From assembly GCF_009914755.1 (NCBI RefSeq), contig NC_060936.1: a stretch of 64,000 nt of DNA. One strand, 5' to 3'. The DNA comes from the human T2T-CHM13v2.0 reference genome, Homo sapiens. Each line of letters begins with the position of its first letter. Position 1 is the first letter of the stretch. Position numbers and translations under genes: made by a program. Positions 32,269-48,620 of this stretch are shown here, in pieces. The notes beneath the pieces are model-generated. The model ran no database searches and had not been told where the DNA came from. It was given only the letters and a program-made list of their open reading frames with translations.

Positions 32269-33118
32269 TCAGAAGCTCTCCAGCAGGTCCAAGCCCCCCA
32301 CTGCCTAAAAAGGTAACCAGCTCAATAATGCACCTCTGTATTGGTTTTCTTGTCGCAGTTTACTTCTGGTCTCCTACCCCCAACTCTTGTTCCCTGGTGT
32401 TACCTCTCAAAATAAATAAATGAGAGGGAACCCTTGTTCAGGTTCTTTTTAGGCAACCCAAGCCAAGACAACAAAGTAAGATAGAGCCCCAAATGTGGTC
32501 GTATAAGGTTTTTCAAAGAAAGTAACACTTGAGTTAGGTCTTAAAGTTTCACCTAAGAAACTGCCCAGGTGGACAAGAAGAAAGGGTGTTCCAAGTAGAA
32601 ATAATAGCATGGACAAAGGCAATGTAGCAGGAAAAGTCTTCGTAAATTCAGGGAATTTCAAGTGTTTCACGATGGAAGGAGCAATAGAGTCATTTACTTG
32701 CGGTGGCAGGGGATGTTGGAAATGTAAACAAGAGTGAGATACAGAAGATTTTATGTGGCATGCCAACTGGGACTTCTTTTTGTAAACAACAAGGAAACAA
32801 TTACGTTAATCCCTTTACCAAACCTTCTGCCTAACCTGAAGCAATGTGAAAATGAGCTCACTTTGCAACATTGATGCATGAGTTGCTGTTACCTATGAAC
32901 ATTCATTTAAAGATGAATCTGTTCTCAGAGAGCTGATTGAAATTTCTTGAGAAAATGTGTGGTAACATAAAACAGACATTGTTGACTACCTATCCAAATC
33001 CATTTCTTCTCCGCCTTTCCAACCTTGCTAGGGAAAGCCCCAATTTTGTTTGTGCTTTACTGACTACATAGTCTTGTGCTCAAGGGCGAGGCTCCTTGGC
33101 CTCAGGTGATCATCTAAG

Positions 33119-33420
33119 CCAGAGGTTGGCAAACTTTTCCTGTAAAGGACCAGAGAGTAAATATATTAGGCTTTGTGAGCCATATGGCCTCTGTTCCAAC
33201 TACTGAATTCTGCTGTTGTAGTGTAAAAGCATTCTTTAAGAATACCTAAACTTTCTTTATAGATATTGAACTTTGAATTTCATGTAATTTTCTTACATCA
33301 CAAAGTAGTCTTTTTATTTTTTACCAACCCTTTAAGAATGTAAAACTCATAGCTCACAGGCCATACAAAAACAGGCAATGGGACAGATTTAACCCATCAG
33401 CCACCGTTTGCCAACCCCTC
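33119..33420. mobile_element. MER58-type hAT DNA transposon inside an old MLT1-type LTR (~32980-33850)
   Basis: TIRs cagaggttggcaaac ... gtttgccaacccct. Confidence 0.8.
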
Positions 33421-33942
33421 ATATAAGGTAATCAGGGTGGTTTCATTTCCTTTGCCAAAGATTGGTTTTAGCATGGACGTATAGTTAAGTCCTGACAGAT
33501 GTGATCTGCAGATGTTCCTTAGTTCAAAAAAGAGGCCTATGAGAAGGAACAGTCCTTTTATTGCCTTGGATATGGCTGTGTAATGCATAATGCCCGGAGC
33601 TGCTGCAGCCATCCTGAGGACATGCGGTTTCTCACCTTTAGCAGAGAATAGCAGAAAAGAGAAAGGAATCTGACTGAATCTCCATGACATTACTGAACTG
33701 TTGAATTAGCCTGCAGCATACTTGGATCTTTATGATATTATGAAACTGTTGAATTAACCTGACTCTAAACTTCTTGATGTGAGAAATAATAAAGACTTTT
33801 ATCATGCAGGCCACTTTATTTAACTGTTACTTAAAGCTCAAAATATTCTGAGTGAGATAAAAGGACCCAGGAGAATACTATGCAAGCCATTAAATAGAAT
33901 AAAATAGAATTATAAGTGCTGCCGTGCAAAGATATCTAAGAT

Positions 33943-34208
33943 GACCAGGCGTGTTGGCTCACGTCTGTAATCCCAGCACTTTGGGAGGCTGAGGTGAAAG
34001 GATCACTTGAGTCCAGGAGTTTGAGACCAACCTGGCCAACATGGTGAAACTCTGTCTCTACTAAAAATACAAAAATTAGCTGGGTGTGGTGGCGCATGCC
34101 TGTAGTCCCAGCTACTTGGGAGGTCAAGGCTGCAATGAGCCATGATTATGTCACTGCACTCCAGTCTGAGTGACAGAGCAAGACTCTGTCACCAAAAAAA
34201 AAAAAGAA
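33943..34208 (+). mobile_element. Alu with right-arm deletion
   Basis: Alu consensus lacking the segment between two ggagg motifs; TSD atctaaga. Confidence 0.9.
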
Positions 34209-35158
34209 ATCTATCTAAGACAAATTATTAAGTGAAGAAAGCAAGGTGTGGAACAGTTTGCACAGTTAACATATCATGTTTTATGGATATATATGTATAT
34301 ATCTTAAGATTTTGGAAAAACTATGATTAATCATGATGAATTTTTGGAAGTGTTGTTGGAATGAGTGGGGAGGGAAAAAGTAGTTTTATTTTAATTATCT
34401 GTGTTACCTTATATTCTTAAAAAATGTTAATGTATGTGCAGTTATTACTTCTGGAATTAAAAAACTGATGTAAAAAAATCAAAGAAATGAAAAAAAAGTT
34501 GACTTTCTAGATAGGTAGGTATTTTGAATAGGATCCTGTGGGAATAAGACAATGGGACAACTCATTGCTGATGGCCTAAAATGGAATAAGGCCCTAAATT
34601 CAGATAAATGATTTCACTTTTATTTTCTTTTCGTAGCGAAATATCTTTAGCCATGCCATCTTCTCGCTGAGTGAAGCTTAGAAAGGTAAAATTTAGAGTA
34701 GAAAAGCAAGGAATACCAGATACTGCAACTACAACAGTTTAGGTCCTCTTATCTCTCTGGGACACAGAATTTCTAATGGAGTGCCTTTGGGTGTTAGTGC
34801 CTCTCCTCGTCTCATTTACCATGTGCATTAATGATTTAGAGGTCGGAAAAAGGGGTTTTACTGATGGAAGCGCTTTCTAAGGTTTCACCAGTAAGACTTC
34901 ACCTGTCTGGGAATGATTTAGGTAAGGAAGATAAATAGACTGTTAAGAGACCTGAGAAAAATAAAAGAAGACCTATAGTAGGAGGGATTTAGGATAAAAA
35001 TCAGGAAGAAATTTCTGATAGTAAAAACTGTCACAGAACAAAGCAGAGGTTAATTGCAGAAACTGTGGCCTTTCATTATGACAATTAAAAAGGAAATTAT
35101 TGTCTATCTAGGATGATATTATTATTTTTATTAGAATTATATAGATGAAAGAGACTTT

Positions 35159-35494
<336 letters not shown>

Positions 35495-37319
35495 TTACAG
35501 ATGACAACTGAAGTTGAAAAACTAAAGTGACAAAGATCATAAAGTTAATTAACTGTAAAACCAGAACCAGTATTTGGTTTCGTATAATAGACTTTCTTCT
35601 ACACCATATTTGCTGAGAATTATTTTGTCTGAAGACAGTAGGATAAACTAGATGACTTCCCAAATTTCTTTATAGGTTAAGTACAGCAGTCAAAAACTAA
35701 AGCTATAATTTATCATAAGCAAGGATTTTTCATGGATTTTTCCTGTGGGGTCCATGGACCATGCTTAGGGAATCCCTGAACCCTCCGATACTGATGCAAA
35801 TTTGTGTGTATGTATGTCTGGAAATCTGTAGGTCCCCATGCCTTCCATGATGAACCAATCTAACAGCAAGTATCCTAAAAGTTGAATTTGAGATTAATTT
35901 CAGAGACTAAAATGAGGAAAAATCATGTAATGAATGAAGTAACCAGTTATAGAAAGAATATACCTCAACAATGAGCGGCAGATGAGTTAAGGGGACTCTC
36001 AGGTTCAGTGACTTGGAAATATTCTCTATAGCACCTGATTCTATCAGCATATCAAAAGCTAAGCAGTTGTGGAGGAAAACTCACATGTTTGGGGATTTCT
36101 GAGATATCCAAGGGGCTAACTATACCACAGACATTTTCTACTTTAATATCTGTTCCAAAAAAAAAAAAAAAGACCCAGAAAATTTACCAATTCAAAAACC
36201 AACAAATGAAGGGGACATACCTTTAAGTTAAAAAATGTAACATAAAAAACAGGCACACAAAGACATACTATGAAACGGAGCAGAAGAGAACTAATGGGTT
36301 GCATCCTCACTCTGCCCTCTCATCCATTTACCCACTTCAAGCTATACTGATAAATATACCAAATTCTGAGATTCACATGAATATCCCCAAATTTGTAGAT
36401 AAGCAAACTCAATGGGTCTTCGTACATGTTCCATTTTCCCACTTTACATTGCTAGAAGTGGTTGAGAGAAAGGCAGGTGAGATGGGGAAAGTGAACTATG
36501 GGACTGACTCTCATGAAAGTGAAGGCTGTAGGGATACTCATTAAGATGTGGAAACTGATGTCTGGGGATATTCCCTTATGTAAATGAGATATAATTCTCA
36601 CCTAGATGGAGTGAACAACAACTCAGCAAAGAGAGCAGGATTCAGGTTTTCTAAGGCAGCCTGTGTCTTGCTTGTCTCAGCCAAGTTTATTTCTTCCGCA
36701 CCCTTTTTCTTGAGGTACATAAAAGTAAACAGAAGATGAAATACTTTGTCCTCAAACAGAAACTAACAATGAAAACCAAAATGGGCTCAGATATGGGGGG
36801 AAGAAAGTTAAAAAGTCCTCCACACAGTATTACAACCAATGAAATGGCTATCAGAGCTATCTAAGCCTGATCAAGATGAAAATAAATAGCATGGCAACTA
36901 TGCAAGCACAGAGAACTTATGTAACTTTCCTCAGGTCATAGAATTAAGATGACAGTGCACGCAGGTAGTGTGTCTAGACTGAGAAGTCTGGATAGAAAAA
37001 TATTTTGACTTACTAAACTGTCTCCTACATAGGATAAATCAGTTGGGCCAACTACAGTTAGAACTCCAACTCTAAGTTTGATTCCAAGGTGTAAATAAGC
37101 CAATGAGTGGAGCCCCTGGTTCCTGATGAAATAACCTTAGGACATAAACCAGTCAGGATACATCTCTACAATGACGGACCAGGAGCCTGGGGAAAGGGTC
37201 AGGGACAGCCAGGCTGGGGAAGATTCTGGAAGTGGTCTGATAACAGTCTAGGCCTACAACAGTTACCATACATCCATACTGTACTAATGAAGTCCTGATT
37301 AAAAAAAAGTTTACTCTTA

Positions 37320-37592
37320 TTTTTTTTTTTTTGAGATGGAGTCTCCCTCTGTGGTGCCATCTCAGCTCACTGCAACCCTCACCTCCTGGGTTCAAACAAT
37401 TCTCCTGCCTCAGCTTCCTGAGTAGCTGGGACTACAGGTGCACGCCACCACGCCCGGCTAATTTTTGTATTTTTAGTAGAGATGGGGTTTCACCATATCG
37501 GCCAGGCTGGTCTCGAACTCCTGACCTTGTGATCCACCCACCTCGGCCTCCCAAAGTGCTGGGATTACCGGTGTGAGCCACCGTGCCTGGCC
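37320..37592 (-). mobile_element. Alu (AluS-like)
   Basis: TSD aaaagtttactctta. Confidence 0.93.
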
Positions 37593-38503
37593 AAAAGTTT
37601 ACTCTTAAGGTCCTCCTCAACAGGAGCCTTGGCAGGGGTCCAGCATAGCTGAGTCAAAGCACTCAACACCATAACTGTCGCCCTTTTCATTCCTAAGGTA
37701 AGTGTATTTGACATAAAAGTGTCCTGGTGTAGGATCAGGGGTGGGAGGAAAGTAAACGTCAGGTAGGTGGGGCCAGTTCCTTCTTATTCATAACAGCCAA
37801 ATCAATGGCCTTTTTTTCTTGTAAAGACAAAATGCAATGAATACCCAGTTTGTTCCCAATGTGAATTTGGGTGAGTGATGTGTGGACATTAGTTCTGTAG
37901 TCCAGGGGTCATTCAGAAAAACATAAATGACCTTAAGTATATGTCAGCATAGAAGAGGCAAGCAGAGAATAGGGAGAGGTGTGGAAAAGATGTGGGAGGT
38001 CATTGAGAGCATGTTTTGACTTTTTCACATTTTCCCCTAGTTTATACAGAAGGCCATAGCATAAAGCTTCTCTCAACTGCTTTAATTGCCTGATGGAAGC
38101 AATCTAAAAGGTTTATTTTTAATAAAAATTCATTTACTTTCTCTTACAGCTATGCATTAATTATAGCCAATTATAAAAATAGTTTCCTGACATTGTTGAA
38201 TTGTCATAAAAAAGCTAGTAAATAGTGTATTTGACATTGGATCAGAGGGTTAATCTCAAAGCAACAAAAGTATGTCTTTCTGTCCAGTCATGACACATAC
38301 TAGCATGTATCAAATTCATGGCCTATTAGCTGTTGTCTACATATTTGATTTCAGGAATTGTTGATGCATCATTAGTTGTTTGCAAACCACCTAATGTGTA
38401 GATGTCTACAGACTCTCCACACATTAGAGATCCTACGTAGTCATTATGTTAACTCACTGTAAAGGGTTAACTCACCTACCTCTTAGGCTTCCTATGAGGA
38501 TTA

Positions 38504-38812
<309 letters not shown>

Positions 38813-39684
38813 TCACATATGCCTTTGAAACTCCAATGAAAGCTGCAGACTTTCTCCCTTGAAAAAATGTGCATACACATATAAGAAGGGCTTTCACTGA
38901 TTGCTGTCTCAGTTGGCAGGAGGAGAGGGTCTTAAGCTTGTTCAGTCAAGCCTTTCTGATTTTCTTCTCTTCCCTCCCCATGTATGGGTGCTCAGGGGGT
39001 CCCTTTGGGCTTACAGGTGCCCTGGAACATTGCAGACGGTGCGAGTCAAATGGCAAAGAGTAAAACCTAGTGGCACTGCTGCCATGACCACACCTTGAGT
39101 TCCTAAGGACTAGTAAAATGATGGAGTGCTAGTGCAAAAGAGAAATTTGCTCTCAAATACAGAATGAGGCAAGGCTCTGGGTGTTGAGAAGTCTCTGATT
39201 CATGAGGCTTCTGAGGAATCTTGCTCTTGCGGGGGGAATCTTGTTTTCTTCTCTGAGTGCATTTGCCATTTCCTGGAAGCAGGATGCATTTTCAGACAAG
39301 TTCACATCCAGAATCCATACTCTTGCTCTCTTCCTACTTTAAAATATATACATTGTTGCTTTAAATACTCATTATTTCTTAACACAAAATCCCATTGTCT
39401 TCTGTTTCATAAGGATATTCACGGCTCTTGAAGGCTGACCCCAAGTTATTAGCACTGATTCTCTTCACAAATGGGAACCGCTGTCTTCAAATTTCCTGGA
39501 GAAAAGAAATTTGCACACACCTCCTCCTCCTCCCGCAACAAAAATATCAACAAAATAGGTCGCACATTCCTTTTAAGGAAGCAAAGTTTAGAAATAAACC
39601 AGTTCTACTAAGTCAGGTTAAACATTTTGATCTTGCTGGATTCTTATACACATATAACTTTGTAAATGATTTTGGAGGTTTCAG

Positions 39685-40220
39685 GTTTTACACAATATAC
39701 TATATTGTTGTATAACAAATTATTTCAAAATTTAGCGTCTTAGAAAAATACTTATTTTCACATAGTTTTAGTGTGTCGGGAGACCAGGTGCCGTTTAAGT
39801 GGGTGGTCCTGGCTCAGTCTCTAATAAGCTCATGGTTGAGAGGTCAGGTGCGGTTGCAGCCATCTGAAGGCTTCACTGGAGCTGGTGGATCCGCTTTTAA
39901 GGCAGCTCACTTTCATACCTGACAAGCAGTGTTGGTTCTTGGCAGGAGGTCTCAGTTCCTTGCCAGGCAGACCTCTCCACAGGGCTGCTTGAATGTCTTC
40001 ATGATATGGCAGCTGGCTTCCCCAACAGCTACGGATCCAAGAGAGAACAAGGTAGAAACCATGATGCCTTTTATGCTCTGTACTCAAAAGTCACACACTA
40101 TTTTCCCGCAATGTCTCATTGGTTCCACAGGTCAGCTCTACTCGCGGTGGGAGGGTGCAAAGACGTGCATACCAGGAGACAAGAGTCACTGGAGGCCCTT
40201 TTAGATGTTGACTGTCACAT
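39685..40220 (-). mobile_element. MLT1-type MaLR LTR
   Basis: tattgttgtataacaaattatttcaaaatttag...gcagccatctgaaggcttcactggagctgg. Confidence 0.7.
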
Positions 40221-40581
40221 GTGCTAAATTCTACATATTCCCTTTAATTCTCTGGTCTTGTTTTATCTATATCACTCTAAAAAATATGAGTGCAAAAAGA
40301 TTGTCCTCACTTCACTTAAAATAGGATTGTAGAGTACTGTTAGGTGTGACTTGTCAAAATAGCAAAGCTTGTGCCTCATTCCAGCTCTAAGTAGTCAGTA
40401 TTTATTTTGTCCACAATCCAATGAAACACAGAAATTTGTGAAATGGCTTATAGGAAAAACTTATAATTAAATAACTTGGTTAGAATTCAAAGTGTTATGA
40501 TTATTTATTTAGTTGAGTCAAATAATATAAGTGACAGCTTAAAAAGTATCTCTGACTATGTTGTGGTGATTCCAACATTTA

Positions 40582-42002
<1,421 letters not shown>

Positions 42003-43771
42003 TCAGTTTTGTTTGTACACACTAACAATGAACTATTTGAAAAGAAAAATTAAGAAAACAATCCCATTTATAGTAGCATCAAAAAGAATAAAATACTCAG
42101 GAATAAATTTAACCAAGGAGGCAAAAGGCTTGTATGCTGAAAACTACAAACCACTGATGAAAGAAATGAAAGAAAACACAAATGGAAAGACATCCTGTGT
42201 TCATGGATTGGAAGAATTAATATTTAAAAAGTGTCTATCCTACTGTAAGTGATCTATAGATTCAATGCAACCCCTATTCAGTGGTGTTTTATATAGAAAT
42301 AGAAAAAAAAATCCTGAAATTCATATGGGACCACAAAAGACCCTGAATAAACGAAACACTCCTGAGAAAGAACACAGAAGCATCACACTTCCTGATTTTA
42401 AAATATATCTCAAACCTAAAGTAATTAAAACAGTATGGAACTGGCATAAAAACAGACATACAGGCCAATGGAACAGAATAAAGAGCCTCCAAATAAACCC
42501 ACACATATACTGTCAACTGGTCTTTGATAAGGATGCTAAGAATACACAAAGGGGAAAGGACATTTTATTCAACAGATGGTGCTGGGAAAAGTGGATATCC
42601 ATATGCAAAAAGGATGAAATTGGACCCTTATCTTGCACCATACAAAAAAGTCAGCTTTAAATAGATTAATGACTGAAATGTAAAATATAGAACTGTAAAA
42701 CTGTAAAACACTTAGAAGAAAACATAGGTGAAAATTGCATGACATTGGGCTTGGCAACAATTTCTTGGATATTACAGAAAAAGCACAAGCAACAGAAGCA
42801 AAATTAGACAAGCAGAATTAAATTGAACTAAAAAGCTTCTGCACAGCAAAGGAAACAGTCAGCAAAGTGAGGAGGCAACCTACAGAATGGGAGAAAATAT
42901 TTATAAATCATATATACGATAAGGGATTAATATCCAAATGATTCAATGAACTCCTACAACTGGAGAGCAAAAACCCCCAGAAAATCCAATTAAAAAATGG
43001 ACAAAAGACTTAAGTAAAAATTTCTCCAAAGAAGAAATACAGATGACCAGGTATATGAAAAGATGCTCAACATCACTAATCATCACGGAAATGCAAATCA
43101 AAACTACAGTGAGATATCACTTCACACCTACTAGGATGGCTACTATGAAAAAAAAAAACACAAAACATAAGTGTTAGCAAGCATGTGGAAAAACTGGAAC
43201 CCTTGTACACTGTAATGTAAAATGGTTCAGCAGCTATGGAAAATGGTATGATGGGTCTTCAAAAAATTAAAAATAGACCTACCGTATGATCCAGCAATTC
43301 ACTTCCGCTTATATATTCAAAAGAATTGAAATTGGGATCTCAAAGACATAAAACACACTCTCATGTTCATTGCAGCATTATCACAATAGCCAAGATATGG
43401 AAACAACCCAAATGTCTATTGATGGATGAATGGATAAAGTGTGGTATATACATACAATGGGATATTATTCAGCCTTTAAAAAGAAGGAAATTCTGCCATA
43501 TGTGACAACATGGATGAACCCAGAGGACATTATGCTAAGTGAAATAAGCCACTCACTGAAGGCCAAAGGTGAAGTATCTAAAATAGTCAAACTGATAGAA
43601 ACAGTAGAATGGTGGTTGCCAGGGCCAAAGGTAGAAGGATATGGGGAGGTGCTGTTCAATGGGTATAAAGTTTCAGTTATATAAGACGAATAAGGTCTAG
43701 AAATCTGCTGTACACCATTGTGCCTATGGTTAACAATACCCTATTGTGCACTTAAAAATTTAAGAGAGATC

Positions 43772-44422
<651 letters not shown>

Positions 44423-45565
44423 CACAATAAAAAAAATTAAATGGACCAAGTAATAATTCATTGAGGATAATAACAACAGAAGAAACATGGTAGAGGCAAA
44501 GAGTAGTAGATGGGGAAAATTCAGGAGGCTTCCAGATGATTCTGCTACCACCTAGTTTTGTAACTTTAAGAGAGTTTCTTAAATTCCCCATCATTTCCTT
44601 TTTTGTGAAATGACTAAATCTGGATAATCTCTATGCTGTCTTTAGCTCCAGTAGTGTCTGAAGTTACATATGAAACTATATTTATACAACAATGCCCCAT
44701 GCCTTCCAATCTGTTTGCTTCTAAATCCATTTCACAATTATTCTCTAACAAGGTCTATTTTTCTCTTTGAATTTTATTCTTTTTTAGCCACTATTCTGCA
44801 TTCCTCCATAATTCTATGCCATTCTTTTGCCAGTCTATCCAATCAGTGTACTTTCTTAGCTGTCTCCTTAGTCCCCTGAATATATTTTCTCAATTTGAGC
44901 TATAGATAAGAACTCTACAGTTATCAAGATGGACTCTGATCATATCTAAAGGGTTTGCTTCAAGATTCAACTTCAACATGTTTTCCTAAGCATGCCTGCT
45001 TCTGCTCTTGATCTCTTTCTTCAGTTCTTCATTTAATAACTATTTATTTTAGTGCTCCAGCAGTAAGCAAGACAGACATGGACCCTGGTTATGTTGTTCC
45101 AACTTCTCGGCTGCTTTTAGTATTTTCCTTATATTTGAATTGTGGAATTCTCAGGAGTAAAAATATCCACAGAGCCAGGCAGGTAATGAGAACGAGTAAA
45201 GCAGGCCATAGACCTGGTAGAGACTGAGCAAGAAGGTCAAGATGGCTTGTTTGCCAGATGAACTAGAACTCTAGATTTTAAAGTGAACTCTGATTTACTG
45301 ATTTTCGCAGGGAAGGCTAAACATTTCTTTTATGAATACTCCACATCATATACCTGTACCAATATTCCTAATACATGGGTACCTGAAACATTTTCTCCAG
45401 TTTTCCATGCCTAGTTTCTTTACACTCTCACTTCATTCAATGCTTTATTAATATTTATGCCACTTAACTTTTTCAGTCGGTGTCCTTTATTTACTCTAAT
45501 CTTCTATTTCTAGTCAATGCAAGACATAAAGGTAAGGAAGGGCAAGATTCAAAATTGAGATTTTT

Positions 45566-46195
<630 letters not shown>

Positions 46196-46204
46196 TTATG
46201 TCCA

Positions 46205-46779
46205 TGTTAACATATGACTGAAAACAATTCGATGCTCCAAGGGCCGACCCTGAGACTATCTAGCTGTAAAAGATGACTCCTAGTTTGGGCCAGGACGAAC
46301 AGAATGAAAATCAGCTCGGACTGAAATGAGAAAAAGTAGTTGTGCTGGGAGGACAGATACAGAAAAAGCCAGCAGCAAAGTTAACTGAGAAACTTCTTTC
46401 TCCCACAGCCGTGCAGTAGCTATGACACGCCATATTCACCCCTCTTTGAGTAACTGCTGCTCTTACTAGTGTTGCTACTTTATTACTGGAGGTACCTAAT
46501 TACTAAATTGCTGTATCCTCAAGACAGCATCCAATCCCTCGTAAATCCCAGCTTTTCTTCATGCCGCCACGGAAACGGCGTCCCATGCAGAACTGATTCT
46601 GGCTCTCCTTAGACCCTCCTCAGACTCCTTTGGCGGGAAACTAATCTTACAAAGGAGGCTTCCTCTTTCCTTTTCCAGTGGCATTCCAAGCTTCCTTTGG
46701 AGTGCCCTCCCTCCTGATTTACAAATTGGCCTGACGTTATCGGAGTACAGGCTTTTTCCTGGTGGTTTCTGGCCTAACA
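46205..46779. mobile_element. Possible old solo LTR
   Basis: tgttaa...ctaaca termini and LTR-like composition; no TSD found. Confidence 0.35.
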
Positions 46780-47151
46780 GGAGACAGATTAGTAAGTACC
46801 AGGATCTCTAATAGGTCAACTTTCATGATCTCTGCTAAATTCTCAGCTGTTTAGACTTACAATTTTTAACAGCTAAAAGGAAAGACAAATGCTATCTAAA
46901 ACTGTCCCATCAGCCCATTTACAGGGAGCACCTCCCCCATACCGCCCTAAAATCCTTTAAAAAATGGCTTTAGTCATTTTATCTGCCTTGCATTTAAGCG
47001 AATTCAGTTTAAGTGGCTTCAGTTCTGAATTCCTGGATTATATCGAAATGTTGCAGATGGCGGTGTGTGGGCTTTGAGCTCGTAAATTTTTTGTGTGGTA
47101 CTAATTCAAGACGATTGAGAGCAGGTTGGGATCATTTTAAAAAGAGTTCTC

Positions 47152-47433
47152 GGCAGGGTGTGGTGACTCAAGCCTGTAATCCCAGCACTTTGGGAGGCCG
47201 AGGCGGGCGGATCGCTTAAGGTCAGGAGTTCGAGACTAGCCTGGCCAACATGGTGAAAACCCGTCTCTACTAAAAATACAAAAATTAGCCGGGCGTGGTG
47301 GCGTGCACCTGTAATTCCAGCTACTCGGGAGGCTGAGGCAGGAGAATCGCTTGAACCGGGAGGCAGAGGTTGCAGTGAGCTGAGATCGCGCCATTGCACT
47401 CCCGCCTGGGCGGCAAGAGCAAAACTCTGTCTC

Positions 47434-47471
<38 letters not shown>
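47152..47471 (+). mobile_element. Alu (AluS-like) with ~35-nt pure A tail abutting the promoter
   Basis: TSD aaaag(a/g)gttctc. Confidence 0.94.
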
Positions 47472-47474
<3 letters not shown>

Positions 47475-47479
47475 TTCTC

Positions 47480-48620
47480 TAGTAGGAAGTCCCGAGTTGT
47501 ATCCATGTTTTTCCGGGCGTCCCCCGGAGGGACAGGTTGCGGGTGACCTTTTCAAGTGTGGAGGAAAGGGAAGCTGCTTTTGTCTTCAGGAATGATGCAG
47601 GTCTCGACTCAAGCCTGACGGGCCCAAACCTCCCTGGAGCTGGCTGACGACTCTGCCCGAGTTCCTGAAGAGGGGTCCCGGGGGTCCCGGAGCGGAAGTG
47701 GGAGCGCGTGGGCGTGGGCCTCCTCGGCTGCCTGGGGCTCCAGACTTGTGCTGCGTGCGGCTCCGGAGCTCTGTTCTCGCTCCTGAGCAGCTGCTAGGTT
47801 TCCCAAGCGACTGTCTCAACCGCCCGGCCGCCTCCCCCGGGCAGCCAGAGCTTCACATCTACCTCCAGCCGGGACCCGCCCCCGAGCCGCGGGGCCCACG
47901 CCCAGAGCCCTCCGCCGTCCCCAGCGCAGTGCAGCAGAGCGCGATCCAGTCTGGGGCCGGGCCGCGCTTCCGCGCACGCGCGGAGAAACCCGCGCCCTCC
48001 GAGGGGGGAGGGGACAGAGGGGGCGTCACGGGGGCAGGAGAAGAAGGAGGAGGAGGCCCGCGTCGCCTCCGGCGGGGCTCGCGCTCGCCCCGCGCTCGCC
48101 CTCCGCCTCGCCCGAGCCCCGGGAGGGTGAAACGCTTTCTCCCAGCATGCAGCGGGAGGAGGGATTTAACACCAAGATGGCGGACGGCCCGGATGAGTAC
48201 GATACCGAAGCGGGCTGTGTGCCCCTTCTCCACCCAGAGGTGAGGAACCGTGCTGAGTGGATTCCTTGCCCTGCGGCCCTCCAGCCTTTCTTCCCCGGAC
48301 TCGCCGAGGGCGGCGGCCGACGTGTGTGGGGTAGTGGGACGTGCCGAAGTTGGGGAGGGTGGGGAGGCGAATCCAGGCCTGAGCGCGGCTGCGAGCGGAT
48401 AACGGGGGAGGAGATAGCGGGGCGGGCCCGACCGGGGCGGGCTCTGGGACGCAGTCCCTGGCTGTGCCTGGAGGACAGAGGTGGAGGTGTTGATGGTTCT
48501 GCTGTGTCGCCGCGCTGCGTTTGAGAGCAGAGGCGGAGGGGCCTGGTGCGGTTTTTGAACCGCAGCTTAGACCCTAGTCTTGCTCCAAGCCTCTTGGGGC
48601 CAGGTGGAAGCGCGTCTGGT
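47480..48620 (+). promoter_or_regulatory. ZDHHC17: CpG-island promoter / 5'UTR of ZDHHC17
   Basis: GC- and CpG-dense tract; ETS/GABP motif CGGAAGTG 47693-47700, NRF1-like GCGCACGCGC 47972-47981, GC boxes, YY1-like AAGATGGCGG 48174-48183; no obvious TATA box. Confidence 0.88.
48147..48239 (+). CDS. ZDHHC17: ZDHHC17 (HIP14, palmitoyltransferase) coding exon 1; gene continues beyond the window
   Basis: Translates MQREEGFNTKMADGPDEYDTEAGCVPLLHPE, the recognised ZDHHC17 N-terminus; followed by donor GAG|gtgagg at 48240; lies in a CpG island. Confidence 0.95.

Noticed and set aside
39061-39080. CTCF-like cctagtggcactg
   Set aside because: Lacks the conserved 5' CC and the AG spacing of the core motif; weak match
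48240-48524. Read-through extension of the exon 1 ORF to 125 aa
   Set aside because: Sequence after PLLHPE follows a canonical GT donor and is intronic
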